A DNA stretch of 64,000 nucleotides from an uncultured Lachnospiraceae bacterium. Its GTDB lineage: Bacteria; Bacillota; Clostridia; Lachnospirales; Lachnospiraceae. Positions 9,100-20,303 of this stretch are shown here, piece by piece; position 1 is the stretch's first letter, and each line of letters begins with the position of its first letter. The stretch lies in the NCBI GenBank assembly GCA_900542015.1, contig UQLY01000013.1, positions 7,961-71,960 of the forward strand, read 5' to 3'. Under the pieces are notes generated by a model. It saw only the letters and a program-made list of their open reading frames with translations. It ran no database searches and had not been told where the DNA came from. The translations under genes and the position numbers were made by a program.

Positions 9100-9867
9100 C
9101 TAGACCTCTGCGAGGGATTGCAAAGCGTGATCCAGGCAGATCGGTTCAAAATGTTCTGTCAGGTAAGCGTCCTTTCCGGGGGCGCTTTTTAAATAATATC
9201 CGTATTCGGAAAAAATATTGCATAATTTATTAAAATTTTCGGCGGATACATGCTCGCTGCTGATGATCAGCCGGTACTCGCGGGAAAAGCGGTCTTTATA
9301 AAGAGAGTTGCTTCCCAGGGGAATGTCGGAAACGACATGTGCAAGCCTGATAACATGATCCAAATTTGAAAAACGATATACTCTTGCAGGAGCGGGCTCC
9401 AATTCGGAAACGGACAATTTACCGGGAACAGGTTTATCGCGCCCTTTGTCCGGCAATTTTTCAATCCTGGAAACATCGCTTAATAAGCCGCTTTCCGCAT
9501 TCTGGACTTTCTGGAATAAGTTCATGACTTCATCGGTAATGTCTTCTATATCGGAATCGCCTGCGGCGTCTTCGTGAACGGAAGGCGCAAACTTGGAAAA
9601 ACGGGTATCCAGCTCTTCGGGGTCCTCCACTTTGGTAATCGTCAAAACAATACACTCCGCGCTGATAGGCACGGCTTCAATCATTAACGGGATGTCGTCC
9701 GCTTCAAAGCCGCATTCCCAGGACGCCTGTTCCATCATATCCTTAAAAAGCAACTTAGCCTTTTCGCTGCCATAGGCAAGTTCGCTTATCTTGAGCTCTC
9801 TGTCTGCCAGATCGTTTTTGGTTAAAGTGCAACGTATTTGATTTTCGTTGATTCTTTCGATTTTCAT
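9100..9867 (-). CDS. mecA: Adapter protein MecA (ClpC adaptor)
   Basis: 255-aa ORF MKIERINENQIRCTLTKNDLADRELKISELAYGSEKAKLLFKDMMEQA... with MecA family N-terminal and C-terminal domains. Confidence 0.8.
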   Translation of the reverse strand: MKIERINENQIRCTLTKNDLADRELKISELAYGSEKAKLLFKDMMEQASWECGFEADDIPLMIEAVPISAECIVLTITKVEDPEELDTRFSKFAPSVHEDAAGDSDIEDITDEVMNLFQKVQNAESGLLSDVSRIEKLPDKGRDKPVPGKLSVSELEPAPARVYRFSNLDHVIRLAHVVSDIPLGSNSLYKDRFSREYRLIISSEHVSAENFNKLCNIFSEYGYYLKSAPGKDAYLTEHFEPICLDHALQSLAEV

Positions 9868-10404
9868 CTTCTCACATCCTTACCGGCAACTGAAAAAATT
9901 GTAAAAGTATCTTATACTTATTAGTTTATTAAGTCAATAGAAGCGAGTGCCAGTTTTATAAATTTTAATAAAATTATCACAAACATCTTGTCAAATTTTA
10001 AGAAATCACATATAATAGCCCCACAAGATGCTTCCGGGACAATCTGTAAAGGGAAGGAGGCATACGGATCTTAATTTATCTTAACACAGGAAAGTGAATT
10101 CTTTAAAGCAAATCAAATTCACACTCTAACACCCGACGGGTGGTCTAAGGCTTCGTGCCTGGTCGATGATTGAAATCCAATTAAAATTCAAAGCTAGAAC
10201 GTTATAATCAAATTGTTACAAAGCTGTTTTTACACGTCCCGAGGCATTTCTTGTACGACTCAATTATATTATCGTCATATTCAGGAAAAGTATGATAACA
10301 AAATTTTTGGCAAAAATATATCACGCTCCTTTTGGATACGCTGAAAATAGAGTTTTGACGCTTTTCCGGGCGAAATCCGTCAAGGTTTTGACAGGAGGTA
10401 TTCA

Positions 10405-10623
10405 GTGAACAGAACAGACAGGAAAAAGGCGCAGAAAAAAATCAGATCGGATCTGCGCCAGTCGCTCAAACAGGGAGCACTGTTATATATGGACGGAAAA
10501 CTTGCGGCTCCGTCGCAGATCAGCGACAGCATCGTGCGTGAAAACGGCGGCTATATGGCTGATTACGTCATGGACGAGGACGGGCGCATCTGTGAAATCC
10601 ATTACGACAGAATCAGGATTTGA
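10405..10623 (+). CDS. Small hypothetical protein (72 aa, GTG start)
   Basis: Strong RBS ACAGGAGGT 6 nt upstream of GTG. No recognisable family. Confidence 0.4.
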   Translation: MNRTDRKKAQKKIRSDLRQSLKQGALLYMDGKLAAPSQISDSIVRENGGYMADYVMDEDGRICEIHYDRIRI

Positions 10624-10781
10624 GTCTGAAAAAAAGCCGGTGCGGTGCTTAACGGGTAACAGGAAAATCAGGTCCTTCTATGCTGATCGTCGGATTACCG
10701 AAAGGTAAGGGTAAGGGGAGTTTAAGCATTGTGCAGACGGCAATTTTTTGATATAATCATTTCAAATTGGAGGATATGCAA

Positions 10782-12458
10782 ATGAAGAAAAAACTGATCC
10801 CTGTAGCGGTAGCTGTCGGATTGATTGTAATTTTTGTTGTGATCGGGCTTTTAACGGGCGTTTTGGAGAGGTTCTCCTATTCCAGGGAAAAAGCGGATCT
10901 GTATGAATATTTCGGTATTACGGGCGGAGAGGAAGCCGCCGTTATTTTAAATGATGAAATCGTGGAGACAAACGCGCTTTACAGAGACGGACAGTGCTAT
11001 CTCCCGATTGATTTTGTCAATGAGAACATCAACAATCACTTCTATTATGATATGACGGAAGGATTGGTTTTATTTACAACGGATTATGATAAAGTGGTAA
11101 CCGTAGTGGGAAGCACGGATTATACCATGGGAGATACCTTTACTTCCGAAGCCTTTGCGCTGACGGTAGCCGCTAACGATACGGTCTACCTCTCGGCGGA
11201 TTTTATAAGAAATTTCAGCAATTTCTCTTATGAGTATTTTGCAGAACCGAACCGCATCAAGCTGACCACCGTATGGGAGACCGAGACCTATGCACAGATT
11301 AAAAAGGATACGCAGGTCAGAGTTTTAGGAGGCGTAAAGAGCGAAATACTGACGGAAATAGAAGAAGGTGCCAGCGTAGAGATACTGGAAAAAATGGACA
11401 CTTGGAGCAAGGTAAAGACCAACGACGGGTTTATTGGTTACGTGGAAAATAAGCGGCTGGAAAACGAGACGGAGGTAACGCCCCAGCCTGTCAGCGACGT
11501 GGCGGTTCCCGAATACGCATCCATCAAGAGGGACGGAAAGATCTGCCTGGTATGGAATATGGTAACCAACGCGGAGGCAAACGCCCTTGCGGACGGTTTG
11601 CTTGCCACGACGCAGGGAGTCAATGTGATCTCTCCCACGTGGTTTGCTTTAAGCGACAATCTGGGAAACTTTACTTCCCTGGCAGACGCTTCCTATGTGG
11701 AAAGGATGCACGCAAGAGGCATTGAGGTATGGGCGCTGATCGATAATTTTACTAACGACGTGAATACGGCGGAGGTGTTAAACGTTACTTCTCACCGGGA
11801 AAATCTGATCAATCAGTTGGTCAATACCGTGCTGGCGTATGGAATAGACGGGATCAATGTCGATTTTGAATATGTGACCCAGGAGGCTTCGGACGGTTAT
11901 ATTCAGTTTTTGCGGGAGCTTTCCATTGAATGCCGCAAAAACGGCATTGTGTTGTCGGCGGATAACAGCCATTTGGTAAACTATGACCGTGCCAAGCAGG
12001 GTGAGGTCGTGGATTATGCGATCATTATGGGGTACGACGAGCATGTCGCTGCAGCCGACGGACCGGGATCGGTGGCTTCCATCGGATTTGTCCAGAAGGG
12101 AATTGAAAAAACCATCGCTTTGATACCGGAAGAAAAAGTAATTAACGGTATTCCTTTTTATACAAGGCTCTGGACCACAACCGGAGAAATCGGCAATACG
12201 GCTTATGGTATGCAGGAAATAGAAAATTATCTGGCGCAGAACGGAATACAGGCTGCATGGGATGAAACCGACTGCCAGTATGTGGCGCAGTTTACATTGG
12301 ACGGCGTGGGACATGCCGTATGGCTGGAGGAAAAAGAATCCCTGTCCGTAAAGCTCAACGTCATGAGCAATTATAATCTTGCCGGAGTCGCATGTTGGAG
12401 GCTGGGGCAGGAAAAAGCGGACGTATGGGAAGCGATTGCAGGCTATCTGCAACAATAA
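10782..12458 (+). CDS. Glycoside hydrolase family 18 protein with N-terminal TM anchor and SH3b-like domain (YaaH/SleL-like cortex hydrolase candidate)
   Basis: GH18 catalytic motif DGINVDFEY, a TM helix at the N-terminus, and an SH3b-like segment (VRVLGGVKSEILTEIEEGASVEIL...GFIGYV). ATG at 10782 follows GGAGG; the ORF track start is 10767. Confidence 0.8.
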   Translation: MKKKLIPVAVAVGLIVIFVVIGLLTGVLERFSYSREKADLYEYFGITGGEEAAVILNDEIVETNALYRDGQCYLPIDFVNENINNHFYYDMTEGLVLFTTDYDKVVTVVGSTDYTMGDTFTSEAFALTVAANDTVYLSADFIRNFSNFSYEYFAEPNRIKLTTVWETETYAQIKKDTQVRVLGGVKSEILTEIEEGASVEILEKMDTWSKVKTNDGFIGYVENKRLENETEVTPQPVSDVAVPEYASIKRDGKICLVWNMVTNAEANALADGLLATTQGVNVISPTWFALSDNLGNFTSLADASYVERMHARGIEVWALIDNFTNDVNTAEVLNVTSHRENLINQLVNTVLAYGIDGINVDFEYVTQEASDGYIQFLRELSIECRKNGIVLSADNSHLVNYDRAKQGEVVDYAIIMGYDEHVAAADGPGSVASIGFVQKGIEKTIALIPEEKVINGIPFYTRLWTTTGEIGNTAYGMQEIENYLAQNGIQAAWDETDCQYVAQFTLDGVGHAVWLEEKESLSVKLNVMSNYNLAGVACWRLGQEKADVWEAIAGYLQQ

Positions 12459-12584
12459 TTACGGGCTGACAGAGGTTTTTGCCTTTTCTGCGGGAGGGAA
12501 TGCGGCAGACTGGCGGAAACCTTTTCTCATATTTTGAGAGGCAGACACATATAATATGGTAAGGTTTTTTGCGGCGGTGCAAAA

Positions 12585-13271
12585 ATGAGGAAAAAGGCAG
12601 TCGCTCTTATCATGGCGGTTTTTATGTTGGCGGCAATGTATTTTTTGGCGAAAGAGGCGGCGACCTATACCATATCCCAACGGACGGAAGAAAAATATGT
12701 GGTGGTTATCGACGTGGGGCACGGGGGAAATGATCCGGGCAAGGTCGGAGTAAACCAGATACTGGAAAAAGATATCAATTTGCAGGTGGCGTTAAAATTG
12801 GAGACATTTCTGCAGCAATCGGACCTGACCGTTATCCTGACCAGGCGAGAAGATATGGGACTGTATGACGAGGGCGCGTCCAATAAAAAAGTGCAGGATA
12901 TGAGAAGGCGCATTGAGCTGATTCAGGAAGCGGACGCGGACCTGGTGGTCAGCATCCATCAAAACAGCTACAGCGACGGAGCCGTCCGGGGTCCCCAGTG
13001 CTTTTATTACCGGGATTCGGAGGAAGGGCAGAGAGCTGCGTTGATTTTACAGGAACAATTAAATAACGGGCTTGAAGTGGAACGCCCCAGAGAAGCAAAG
13101 GCAAACGACAGCTATTATCTGCTGAAGAAATCCACAGTGCCCACGATCATTGCGGAGTGCGGTTTTTTATCCAACCGGGAAGAAGCGCTTTTGCTGGACA
13201 GCGAGGCTTATCAGGAAAAATTGGCATGGAATCTTTATTTGGGAATTTTAAAGTATTTTAATACGGACTAA
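12585..13271 (+). CDS. cwlD: N-acetylmuramoyl-L-alanine amidase (Amidase_3), CwlD-like
   Basis: VVIDVGHGGNDPGKVG...SIHQNSY... Amidase_3 motifs, an N-terminal TM helix, and a size (~228 aa) typical of germination-specific CwlD. Confidence 0.7.
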   Translation: MRKKAVALIMAVFMLAAMYFLAKEAATYTISQRTEEKYVVVIDVGHGGNDPGKVGVNQILEKDINLQVALKLETFLQQSDLTVILTRREDMGLYDEGASNKKVQDMRRRIELIQEADADLVVSIHQNSYSDGAVRGPQCFYYRDSEEGQRAALILQEQLNNGLEVERPREAKANDSYYLLKKSTVPTIIAECGFLSNREEALLLDSEAYQEKLAWNLYLGILKYFNTD

Positions 13272-13291
13272 ATTATGATATACTATGCTGA

Positions 13292-14356
13292 TTGGAGATG
13301 ATGGGCATGGATACAAAATGGCAGAAAATTTCCGAAGAACATCCCGACGCCGGTGTGCTGCGGGAAGCCGGCAGGATTATTAAAAACGGCGGGCTTGTGG
13401 CGTTTCCTACAGAGACGGTATACGGTCTCGGAGGCGACGCGCTGAATCCGGAATCTTCCAGAAAAATCTATGCGGCGAAGGGCAGACCTTCGGACAACCC
13501 TTTAATCGTGCATATTGCGGATCTTTCTGATCTGCCGCGGCTTGTGGCTTATATTCCCGATGCGGGAAAGGCGCTTGCAGAGAGGTTCTGGCCGGGACCC
13601 CTGACGATGATTTTCCAAAAGAGCGACCTGGTGCCGTATGAGACGACGGGTGGTTTGGATACCGTTGCCGTAAGGTTTCCTGCGAATCCCACAGCGCTTG
13701 CATTTATCAAAGAGGCGGGCGGGTATGTGGCGGCACCCAGCGCCAACACATCAGGACGTCCTTCACCCACAAAGGGAAGGCATGTCTATGAGGATCTGAA
13801 CGGAAAAATAGAAATGCTTCTTGACGGCGGAGACTGCGAAATCGGGCTGGAATCTACGATTGTGGATCTGACGGAGGATATTCCCGTTATCCTGCGACCC
13901 GGGTATATTACGGAGGAAATGCTTTCCGAAGTGTTGGAGCAGGTTGATGTGGACAAGACTATTTTAAGCGCGGCGTCGGGCATCGCGCCGAAGGCGCCGG
14001 GAATGAAATACCGTCATTATGCGCCGAAAGGGGATCTTGTCATTGTAAAAGGAAAGACGGACAAGGTGGTTTCCTATGTAAACGGGCGGATTGAAGAGGA
14101 TCTGCACCGGCATAAAAAGGCGGGGGTCATCGCCACCGACGAAACGATCGGCGCATATGGGGACTGCGTAAAAAAAAGCGTCGGAAAACGATCGGACGAG
14201 GCTTCCATCGCGCGGCGGCTGTATGAGATTTTGCGGGAATTTGACGAAGAAGCGGTGGAGGACATTTACGCCGAAGCGTTTGACAGCACCGGCATGGGAC
14301 AGGCAATTATGAACCGGATGCTGAAAGCGGCAGGACATAGAGTGATAGAAGTATAA
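13292..14356 (+). CDS. L-threonylcarbamoyladenylate synthase (Sua5/YwlC/TsaC family, with Sua5 C-terminal domain)
   Basis: Motifs FPTETVYGLGGDA and KGRPSDNPLIVHI, plus a C-terminal Sua5 domain. Confidence 0.9.
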   Translation: MEMMGMDTKWQKISEEHPDAGVLREAGRIIKNGGLVAFPTETVYGLGGDALNPESSRKIYAAKGRPSDNPLIVHIADLSDLPRLVAYIPDAGKALAERFWPGPLTMIFQKSDLVPYETTGGLDTVAVRFPANPTALAFIKEAGGYVAAPSANTSGRPSPTKGRHVYEDLNGKIEMLLDGGDCEIGLESTIVDLTEDIPVILRPGYITEEMLSEVLEQVDVDKTILSAASGIAPKAPGMKYRHYAPKGDLVIVKGKTDKVVSYVNGRIEEDLHRHKKAGVIATDETIGAYGDCVKKSVGKRSDEASIARRLYEILREFDEEAVEDIYAEAFDSTGMGQAIMNRMLKAAGHRVIEV

Positions 14357-14417
14357 AAGGACGGTCCGAAAGCAGGACGCGGATTTCATGAAGAGTATAG
14401 TATAAGGAGGAAATGAT

Positions 14418-14846
14418 ATGGTAGCAATCGGAAGCGATCACGGCGGCTTTGAGTTAAAGGAGCTGGTGATCAGGCATTTGGAAGAACAGGGAGTGGATGT
14501 AAACGACATGGGCTGTTATGACAAAAGCTCCTGCGATTATCCCGTTTACGGAAAGGCTGTGGCAAATGCCGTGGCGGACGGAAGCTGTGACAAGGGCATT
14601 GTGATTTGTACCACCGGCATTGGCATTTCCATTACGGCGAATAAGATCAAAGGTATCCGGGCGGCGCTTTGCGCGGATACGGTTTCGGCGAAGCTGACAA
14701 GACTTCATAACGACGCCAACGTCCTTGCTTTGGGGGCGGGGATCGTAGGACCGAATCTTGCCATGGAAATTGTGGATACCTTTTTAAATACGGAGTTTTC
14801 GGGCGAGGAACGCCATCAGAGAAGAATTGACGCAATTGAGGAATAG
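14418..14846 (+). CDS. rpiB: Ribose-5-phosphate isomerase B
   Basis: [15 protein letters not shown]...[15 protein letters not shown], typical RpiB/LacAB. Confidence 0.9.
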   Translation: MVAIGSDHGGFELKELVIRHLEEQGVDVNDMGCYDKSSCDYPVYGKAVANAVADGSCDKGIVICTTGIGISITANKIKGIRAALCADTVSAKLTRLHNDANVLALGAGIVGPNLAMEIVDTFLNTEFSGEERHQRRIDAIEE

Positions 14847-14878
14847 CAGAAAATAAAAAATGTACGGGAGGAAAAATA

Positions 14879-15508
14879 ATGGGTAAAGTAGTCATCATGG
14901 ATCATCCGCTGATCCAGCACAAAATCGGTTATATCAGAAGGATCGATACGGGAACCAAGGATTTCCGCCAGACAATCAGCGAGATTGCCATGCTGATCTG
15001 TTATGAGGCGACGAGGGAGCTGCCCCTGACGGATGTGGAAATCGAGACGCCGATCTGCAAAACGACCGTGAAAGAACTGAAAGGAAAGAAAATGGCTGTC
15101 GTGCCGATTTTGAGAGCGGGGCTTGGCATGGTCGACGGAATGCTCAATCTGATTCCGGCGGCAAAAGTAGGGCATATCGGACTTTACAGAGATCCGGTAA
15201 CGGTCAAGCCGGTAGAATATTATTGCAAGCTGCCGGCGGATTGTTCCGAACGGGAAGTGTTTGTCGTAGACCCTATGCTGGCGACGGGCGGTTCTTCCGT
15301 GGCGGCGATTCAGATGCTGAAGGATAAGGGCTGCAAAAACATTCATTTTATGTGCATTATTGCGGCGCCCGAAGGGGTAAAGGCGATGCAGGAGGCGCAT
15401 CCGGACGTGGATATTTATATCGGAGCGTTGGATGAAAAGTTAAATGAGCACTGTTATATTGTTCCGGGGCTCGGAGACGCCGGCGACAGGATCTTCGGTA
15501 CAAAATAG
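14879..15508 (+). CDS. upp: Uracil phosphoribosyltransferase
   Basis: 209-aa ORF with [18 protein letters not shown]... and a PRPP-binding [11 protein letters not shown] motif. Confidence 0.95.
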   Translation: MGKVVIMDHPLIQHKIGYIRRIDTGTKDFRQTISEIAMLICYEATRELPLTDVEIETPICKTTVKELKGKKMAVVPILRAGLGMVDGMLNLIPAAKVGHIGLYRDPVTVKPVEYYCKLPADCSEREVFVVDPMLATGGSSVAAIQMLKDKGCKNIHFMCIIAAPEGVKAMQEAHPDVDIYIGALDEKLNEHCYIVPGLGDAGDRIFGTK

Positions 15509-15523
15509 GAGAGCGTAAGCGTT

Positions 15524-16009
15524 ATGTCGGAAAAAAGAAAAGACTATATATCCTGGGATGAGTATTTTATGGGAGTGGCAACTTTGTCGGGGCTGCGTTC
15601 CAAGGACCCCAATACCCAGGTGGGAGCGTGCATCGTAGGAAAGGATCATCGGATTTTATCCATGGGATACAACGGGTTTCCCAACGGCTGTTCGGACGAT
15701 TTGTTTCCGTGGGCGAGGGAAGGGAAGGAACTGGATACCAAATACCCTTTTGTGACGCACAGCGAATTGAATGCGATTTTAAATTACAGAGGCGGCAGCC
15801 TGGAAGGCACTACCTTATATGTGACGCTGTTTCCCTGCAACGAGTGTGCGAAGGCGATAATTCAGGCGGGAATCAAAACCGTCGTATACGCGTTGGACAA
15901 GTATGAGGACCAGCCGTCGTTTATCGCGTCCAAAAAGATGTTTGACGCGGCGGGGGTCGCTTATTACTCCTATGAACAGACAGGTAAAAAGATAGAATTG
16001 AATCTGTAA
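15524..16009 (+). CDS. dCMP deaminase (ComEB-type cytidine/deoxycytidylate deaminase)
   Basis: Zinc-binding HSELNAI and PCNECA motifs of the CDA fold. Confidence 0.85.
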   Translation: MSEKRKDYISWDEYFMGVATLSGLRSKDPNTQVGACIVGKDHRILSMGYNGFPNGCSDDLFPWAREGKELDTKYPFVTHSELNAILNYRGGSLEGTTLYVTLFPCNECAKAIIQAGIKTVVYALDKYEDQPSFIASKKMFDAAGVAYYSYEQTGKKIELNL

Positions 16010-16025
16010 AAACAGAGGTGTAAAA

Positions 16026-17174
16026 ATGAAAGAGCCGGTGCGGATCGTTTCGGCATTTGTCACGGCGGCAGTCCTGTTTGTGGGAACGGCAATGAATATT
16101 CCGGCATCTACATACGGACAACTGCAGGAGGCGCAGAGTGACAAGCAGGAAGCGGAGAGCGGAATCGATGATACGCAGGAGGACATCGACAATCTGAATA
16201 CGGAAAGGGCGGACCTTCAGACTTATCTGAATCAGTTAAACGGAGAGCTTGCTACTGCAAGCGGGGAATTATCCAATATTGAAACGCTGATCGGAGAAAA
16301 AGAACAGAAGATCATGGAGACCCAGGGAGAGTTGGAAGAGGCGAAGCGGGAAGAGGAAGAGCAGTATGAGGCGATGAAACAGCGGATACAGTTTATGTAT
16401 GAACGCGGCGAGGTTGCCTATCTGGAGCTTTTCTTTTCCGCGGAAAGCTTTGCGGATTTTCTGAATAAATCGGAGTATGTCGAGAGACTGAGCGAATATG
16501 ACAGAAAAATGCTGGAAAGCTATATAGAGCTTCAGGAGGATATCCGTAAAAAAGAACAGTCGCTTGTGGATGAAAGGGCGGCTCTGGATGTGCTGAGGGA
16601 AGAGGCGCAGGCAAAGCAGGATGAAGTGGCGGGGCTGGTACAGGAGACCAGCGCCAATATGGCGGATTACGAAGAACAGATATCCGCAAAAGAGCAGGAA
16701 CTGTTGGAATATGAAAAACAGTTGGAAGAAAGTGAAAACGATATCGCCACGTTACAGGCTAAACTGGAGGAGGAAAACAGGCTGACGCAGCAAGCGGCGC
16801 TTGCAGGCTTTACCGATTTATCCAACATTACCTTCGCGGCGGGCGATATTGATTTGCTGGCTGCGATCATAGAGTGTGAAGCGGGAGGAGAATCCTATAC
16901 GGGCAAGGTTGCGGTAGGAAATGTCGTTATGAACCGTGTGAAAAGCTCGGTATTCCCCAACACGGTACTGGAGGTTATATATCAGAACAGACAGTTTTCC
17001 CCTGTAGGAAGCGGGCGATTTGCGATCGTTCTGGCAAGAGGCGCCAATGCGGAATGCTATCAGGCGGCGCAGGATGCCATGGCGGGCGCGGCGCCGGTAG
17101 GCAATTGCCTGTTTTTCAGGACGCCGATACCGGGATTGACCGGTATACAGATCGGCGGGCATATTTTCTATTAA
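16026..17174 (+). CDS. Secreted coiled-coil protein with C-terminal SleB-type cell wall hydrolase (Hydrolase_2) domain
   Basis: Signal/TM at the N-terminus, a long E/Q/K-rich coiled coil, and a C-terminal ...AIIECEAGGESYTGKVAVGNVVMNRVKSSVFPNTVLEVIYQNRQF... Hydrolase_2 domain. Confidence 0.8.
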   Translation: MKEPVRIVSAFVTAAVLFVGTAMNIPASTYGQLQEAQSDKQEAESGIDDTQEDIDNLNTERADLQTYLNQLNGELATASGELSNIETLIGEKEQKIMETQGELEEAKREEEEQYEAMKQRIQFMYERGEVAYLELFFSAESFADFLNKSEYVERLSEYDRKMLESYIELQEDIRKKEQSLVDERAALDVLREEAQAKQDEVAGLVQETSANMADYEEQISAKEQELLEYEKQLEESENDIATLQAKLEEENRLTQQAALAGFTDLSNITFAAGDIDLLAAIIECEAGGESYTGKVAVGNVVMNRVKSSVFPNTVLEVIYQNRQFSPVGSGRFAIVLARGANAECYQAAQDAMAGAAPVGNCLFFRTPIPGLTGIQIGGHIFY

Positions 17175-17256
17175 AACGATTGAAATAAGCAGAGACAAAT
17201 AAAACGATTGAAATAAGCAGAGACAAATAAAACGATTGAAATAAGCAGAGGCAAAC
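17174..17256 (+). repeat. Tandem direct repeat, 3 x 28 bp (aaacgattgaaataagcagagacaaata), third copy diverging
   Basis: Read directly: copies at 17174-17201, 17202-17229 and 17230-~17256, starting at the last base of the stop codon of the SleB-domain gene. Confidence 0.9.
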
Positions 17257-17275
17257 GCCGGGACAAAACGGATCG

Positions 17276-17794
17276 TCACATGGCGGAGCCGGATTCATAT
17301 TGTTCCAGATATTGCTGATATTTTAAAAATTCGCCGGAGTAAATCAGATCCAAAAGCGCGCTTAAACGGTTTAAGGCGGCTTTTAAGAGGCTGATGTCAA
17401 GGAAGCCCTTTTCAAGAGCGACGGTAAGCTCGTTCAGATCCACGACCTTTACGAAGCCGTCCGGGTAGACGATGACGTCGGCAAGCAGATCGGTGGCTAC
17501 GAAGCGGCTCTGATCCGGCAGATCCGTCGTTTCGCCGGCGGGGTACGCGACGTCGATGATATCGCAGTACCAGTACAGCAGGTCGCCGTTTTCACGGTAA
17601 AATTTGCTGATTTTGAAGCCTTTATCCCAAAAGTAACAGGAATAGCCGTGATGGAGATCTTTTTTGGGCTTTAAAGCGTGCCATTTTGTGACGAGGATGC
17701 AGTCTTTGGAAGAAAAGTGAAGGATTTCATCGTCCTTTAAACAGATACATTCCTCCGGGATCAGACGTTTTCGGAATAAAACAGGATTTGTCAT
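17276..17794 (-). CDS. DUF402-like (FomD/YgaC family) hypothetical protein
   Basis: 172-aa ORF with a decent RBS; family call by weak motif resemblance only. Confidence 0.4.
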   Translation of the reverse strand: MTNPVLFRKRLIPEECICLKDDEILHFSSKDCILVTKWHALKPKKDLHHGYSCYFWDKGFKISKFYRENGDLLYWYCDIIDVAYPAGETTDLPDQSRFVATDLLADVIVYPDGFVKVVDLNELTVALEKGFLDISLLKAALNRLSALLDLIYSGEFLKYQQYLEQYESGSAM

Positions 17795-18038
17795 GGCAAA
17801 TTCCTTTCTTTGTCAGCAACCTTATAACAGGTTGATTTTTTCTATAAATGTTACACTTTCGGAACGTAAAAGTCAACGAAAACGCCGGGGGTTTTTGTAC
17901 GTAAAATTTATGCTAATTTTATAAGTATTAAGTGGACATAAAACGGAAAAATTAGTATAATAAGTATTGTATTTGCGAGCAAACATAAAAGTTTTCACAG
18001 TGGGAAGAAAATAGAATGAAAGAGGGGCGTTATATATT

Positions 18039-18299
18039 ATGAAATACAACCGAAATGTATACCGTTCTCTTGTAATGATAACCCAGTTTGGACTGAACAT
18101 GCTGGTTCCCATATTGATTTGTACGTTTGTGGGAAACTTCATGGACAAAAAACTGGGTACTTCTTTTTTTGTCATTATTTTCTTCTTTGTGGGCGCTCTG
18201 GCGGGTTTTCGCAACGTGTTTCTGTTCGCCAGAAAGATTTATGAAGAAAAAGGGAGTCGGGATGAGAAAGCTAAGAGCAAAACTAAGAGACATAAATGA
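18039..18299 (+). CDS. atpZ: ATP synthase-associated small membrane protein AtpZ
   Basis: 86-aa two-TM protein immediately upstream of atpI; K-rich C-terminus. Confidence 0.6.
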   Translation: MKYNRNVYRSLVMITQFGLNMLVPILICTFVGNFMDKKLGTSFFVIIFFFVGALAGFRNVFLFARKIYEEKGSRDEKAKSKTKRHK

Positions 18300-18660
18300 T
18301 TCTTTGCCGGCTCTGTTTTTGGGAATACTGGCGTTTGGATTTCTTGCGGAAATCATTCCCGTATGGTTTGTGGACGATAAGGCGGGATATACGGCAGGAC
18401 TTTTGATCGGCGTTGCCACGGCTCTGTTTTCGGCATGGCATATGGCGTGGTCTTTGGACAGGGCGTTTGACTGCGACGAAGGCACCGCGACGAAGCGGAT
18501 GCAAAAATACAGCGCGCTGCGTTACGGAGTGCAGTTGATTGTGCTGGGAGTGCTGATCGCGACGGGGATCGGGAATCCCTTAGCCGCGTTTTTAGGAATG
18601 TTCGGGCTGAAAGTATCGGCGTATTTAGCGCCGTTTACTGATAAATTATTTAGGAGGTGA
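18262..18660 (+). CDS. atpI: ATP synthase protein I
   Basis: ATG at 18262 with RBS AAGGGAG. 132-aa hydrophobic protein preceding atpB. The ORF track's longer ORF begins at 18127, inside atpZ. Confidence 0.6.
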   Translation: MRKLRAKLRDINDSLPALFLGILAFGFLAEIIPVWFVDDKAGYTAGLLIGVATALFSAWHMAWSLDRAFDCDEGTATKRMQKYSALRYGVQLIVLGVLIATGIGNPLAAFLGMFGLKVSAYLAPFTDKLFRR

Positions 18661-18664
18661 ATGT

Positions 18665-19686
<1,022 letters not shown>

Positions 19687-19724
19687 AAGCCTTCCAAAAA
19701 TAAAAAAGAAAGGAGGCTTAAGAC

Positions 19725-20303
19725 TTGAATACGTTAGTGAATACAGGGCTCATCCTGCTGAGCGAAACGTCGGTGGCAGAAGCGGGCATGACGAGACTGT
19801 TTGATCTGGATTTCCAGTTGATACATGATGCGGTGCTGATGATTATTGCCGTCTTCGTTTTATTTCTGATCGCTTCCAACAAGCTGTTTAATCCTGTCAG
19901 AAAAATGATGCAGGACAGGCAGAACCGGATTGAGAACGACATTGAAAGCGCAAAGGAAGATAAGGAAAGCGCCAACGAGCTGAGACTGGAATATGAAGAA
20001 AAGTTAAAAAACATTGATAAGGAAGCTGAGCAGATTTTGAGCGATGCGAGAGCGAAAGCACTTAAGAACGAAGATCAGATCGTCGCGAAGGCAAAAGAGG
20101 AGGCGGCGGCAATCATTGCGCGTGCCAACAAGGAAGCCGAGCTGGAGAAACAGAGAGTTGCCGATGAAGTGAAGAAGGAAATGATCTCTCTTGCAAGCAT
20201 CATGGCAGGCAAGGTGGTAAAGGCTTCCATCGATACGACGGTTCAGGACAGCTTAATCGATGAAACATTAAAGGAAATGGGTGAGAGCACATGGCTAAGC
20301 TGA
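19725..20303 (+). CDS. atpF: F0F1 ATP synthase subunit b
   Basis: N-terminal TM followed by a long charged helix (KEDKESANELRLEYEEKLKNIDKEAE...). TTG start per the ORF track. Confidence 0.85.
   Translation: MNTLVNTGLILLSETSVAEAGMTRLFDLDFQLIHDAVLMIIAVFVLFLIASNKLFNPVRKMMQDRQNRIENDIESAKEDKESANELRLEYEEKLKNIDKEAEQILSDARAKALKNEDQIVAKAKEEAAAIIARANKEAELEKQRVADEVKKEMISLASIMAGKVVKASIDTTVQDSLIDETLKEMGESTWLS

Noticed and set aside
10021-10260. Riboswitch (c-di-GMP or T-box) in the mecA upstream intergenic region
   Set aside because: Several hairpins are present, but no consensus elements of the common riboswitch classes could be matched by eye. It was retained only as a low-interest structured region.
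17174-17256. Possible CRISPR array, because of regularly spaced 28-bp repeats
   Set aside because: The repeats are directly tandem with no intervening spacers, there are only three copies, and no cas genes are present. This is a simple tandem duplication.
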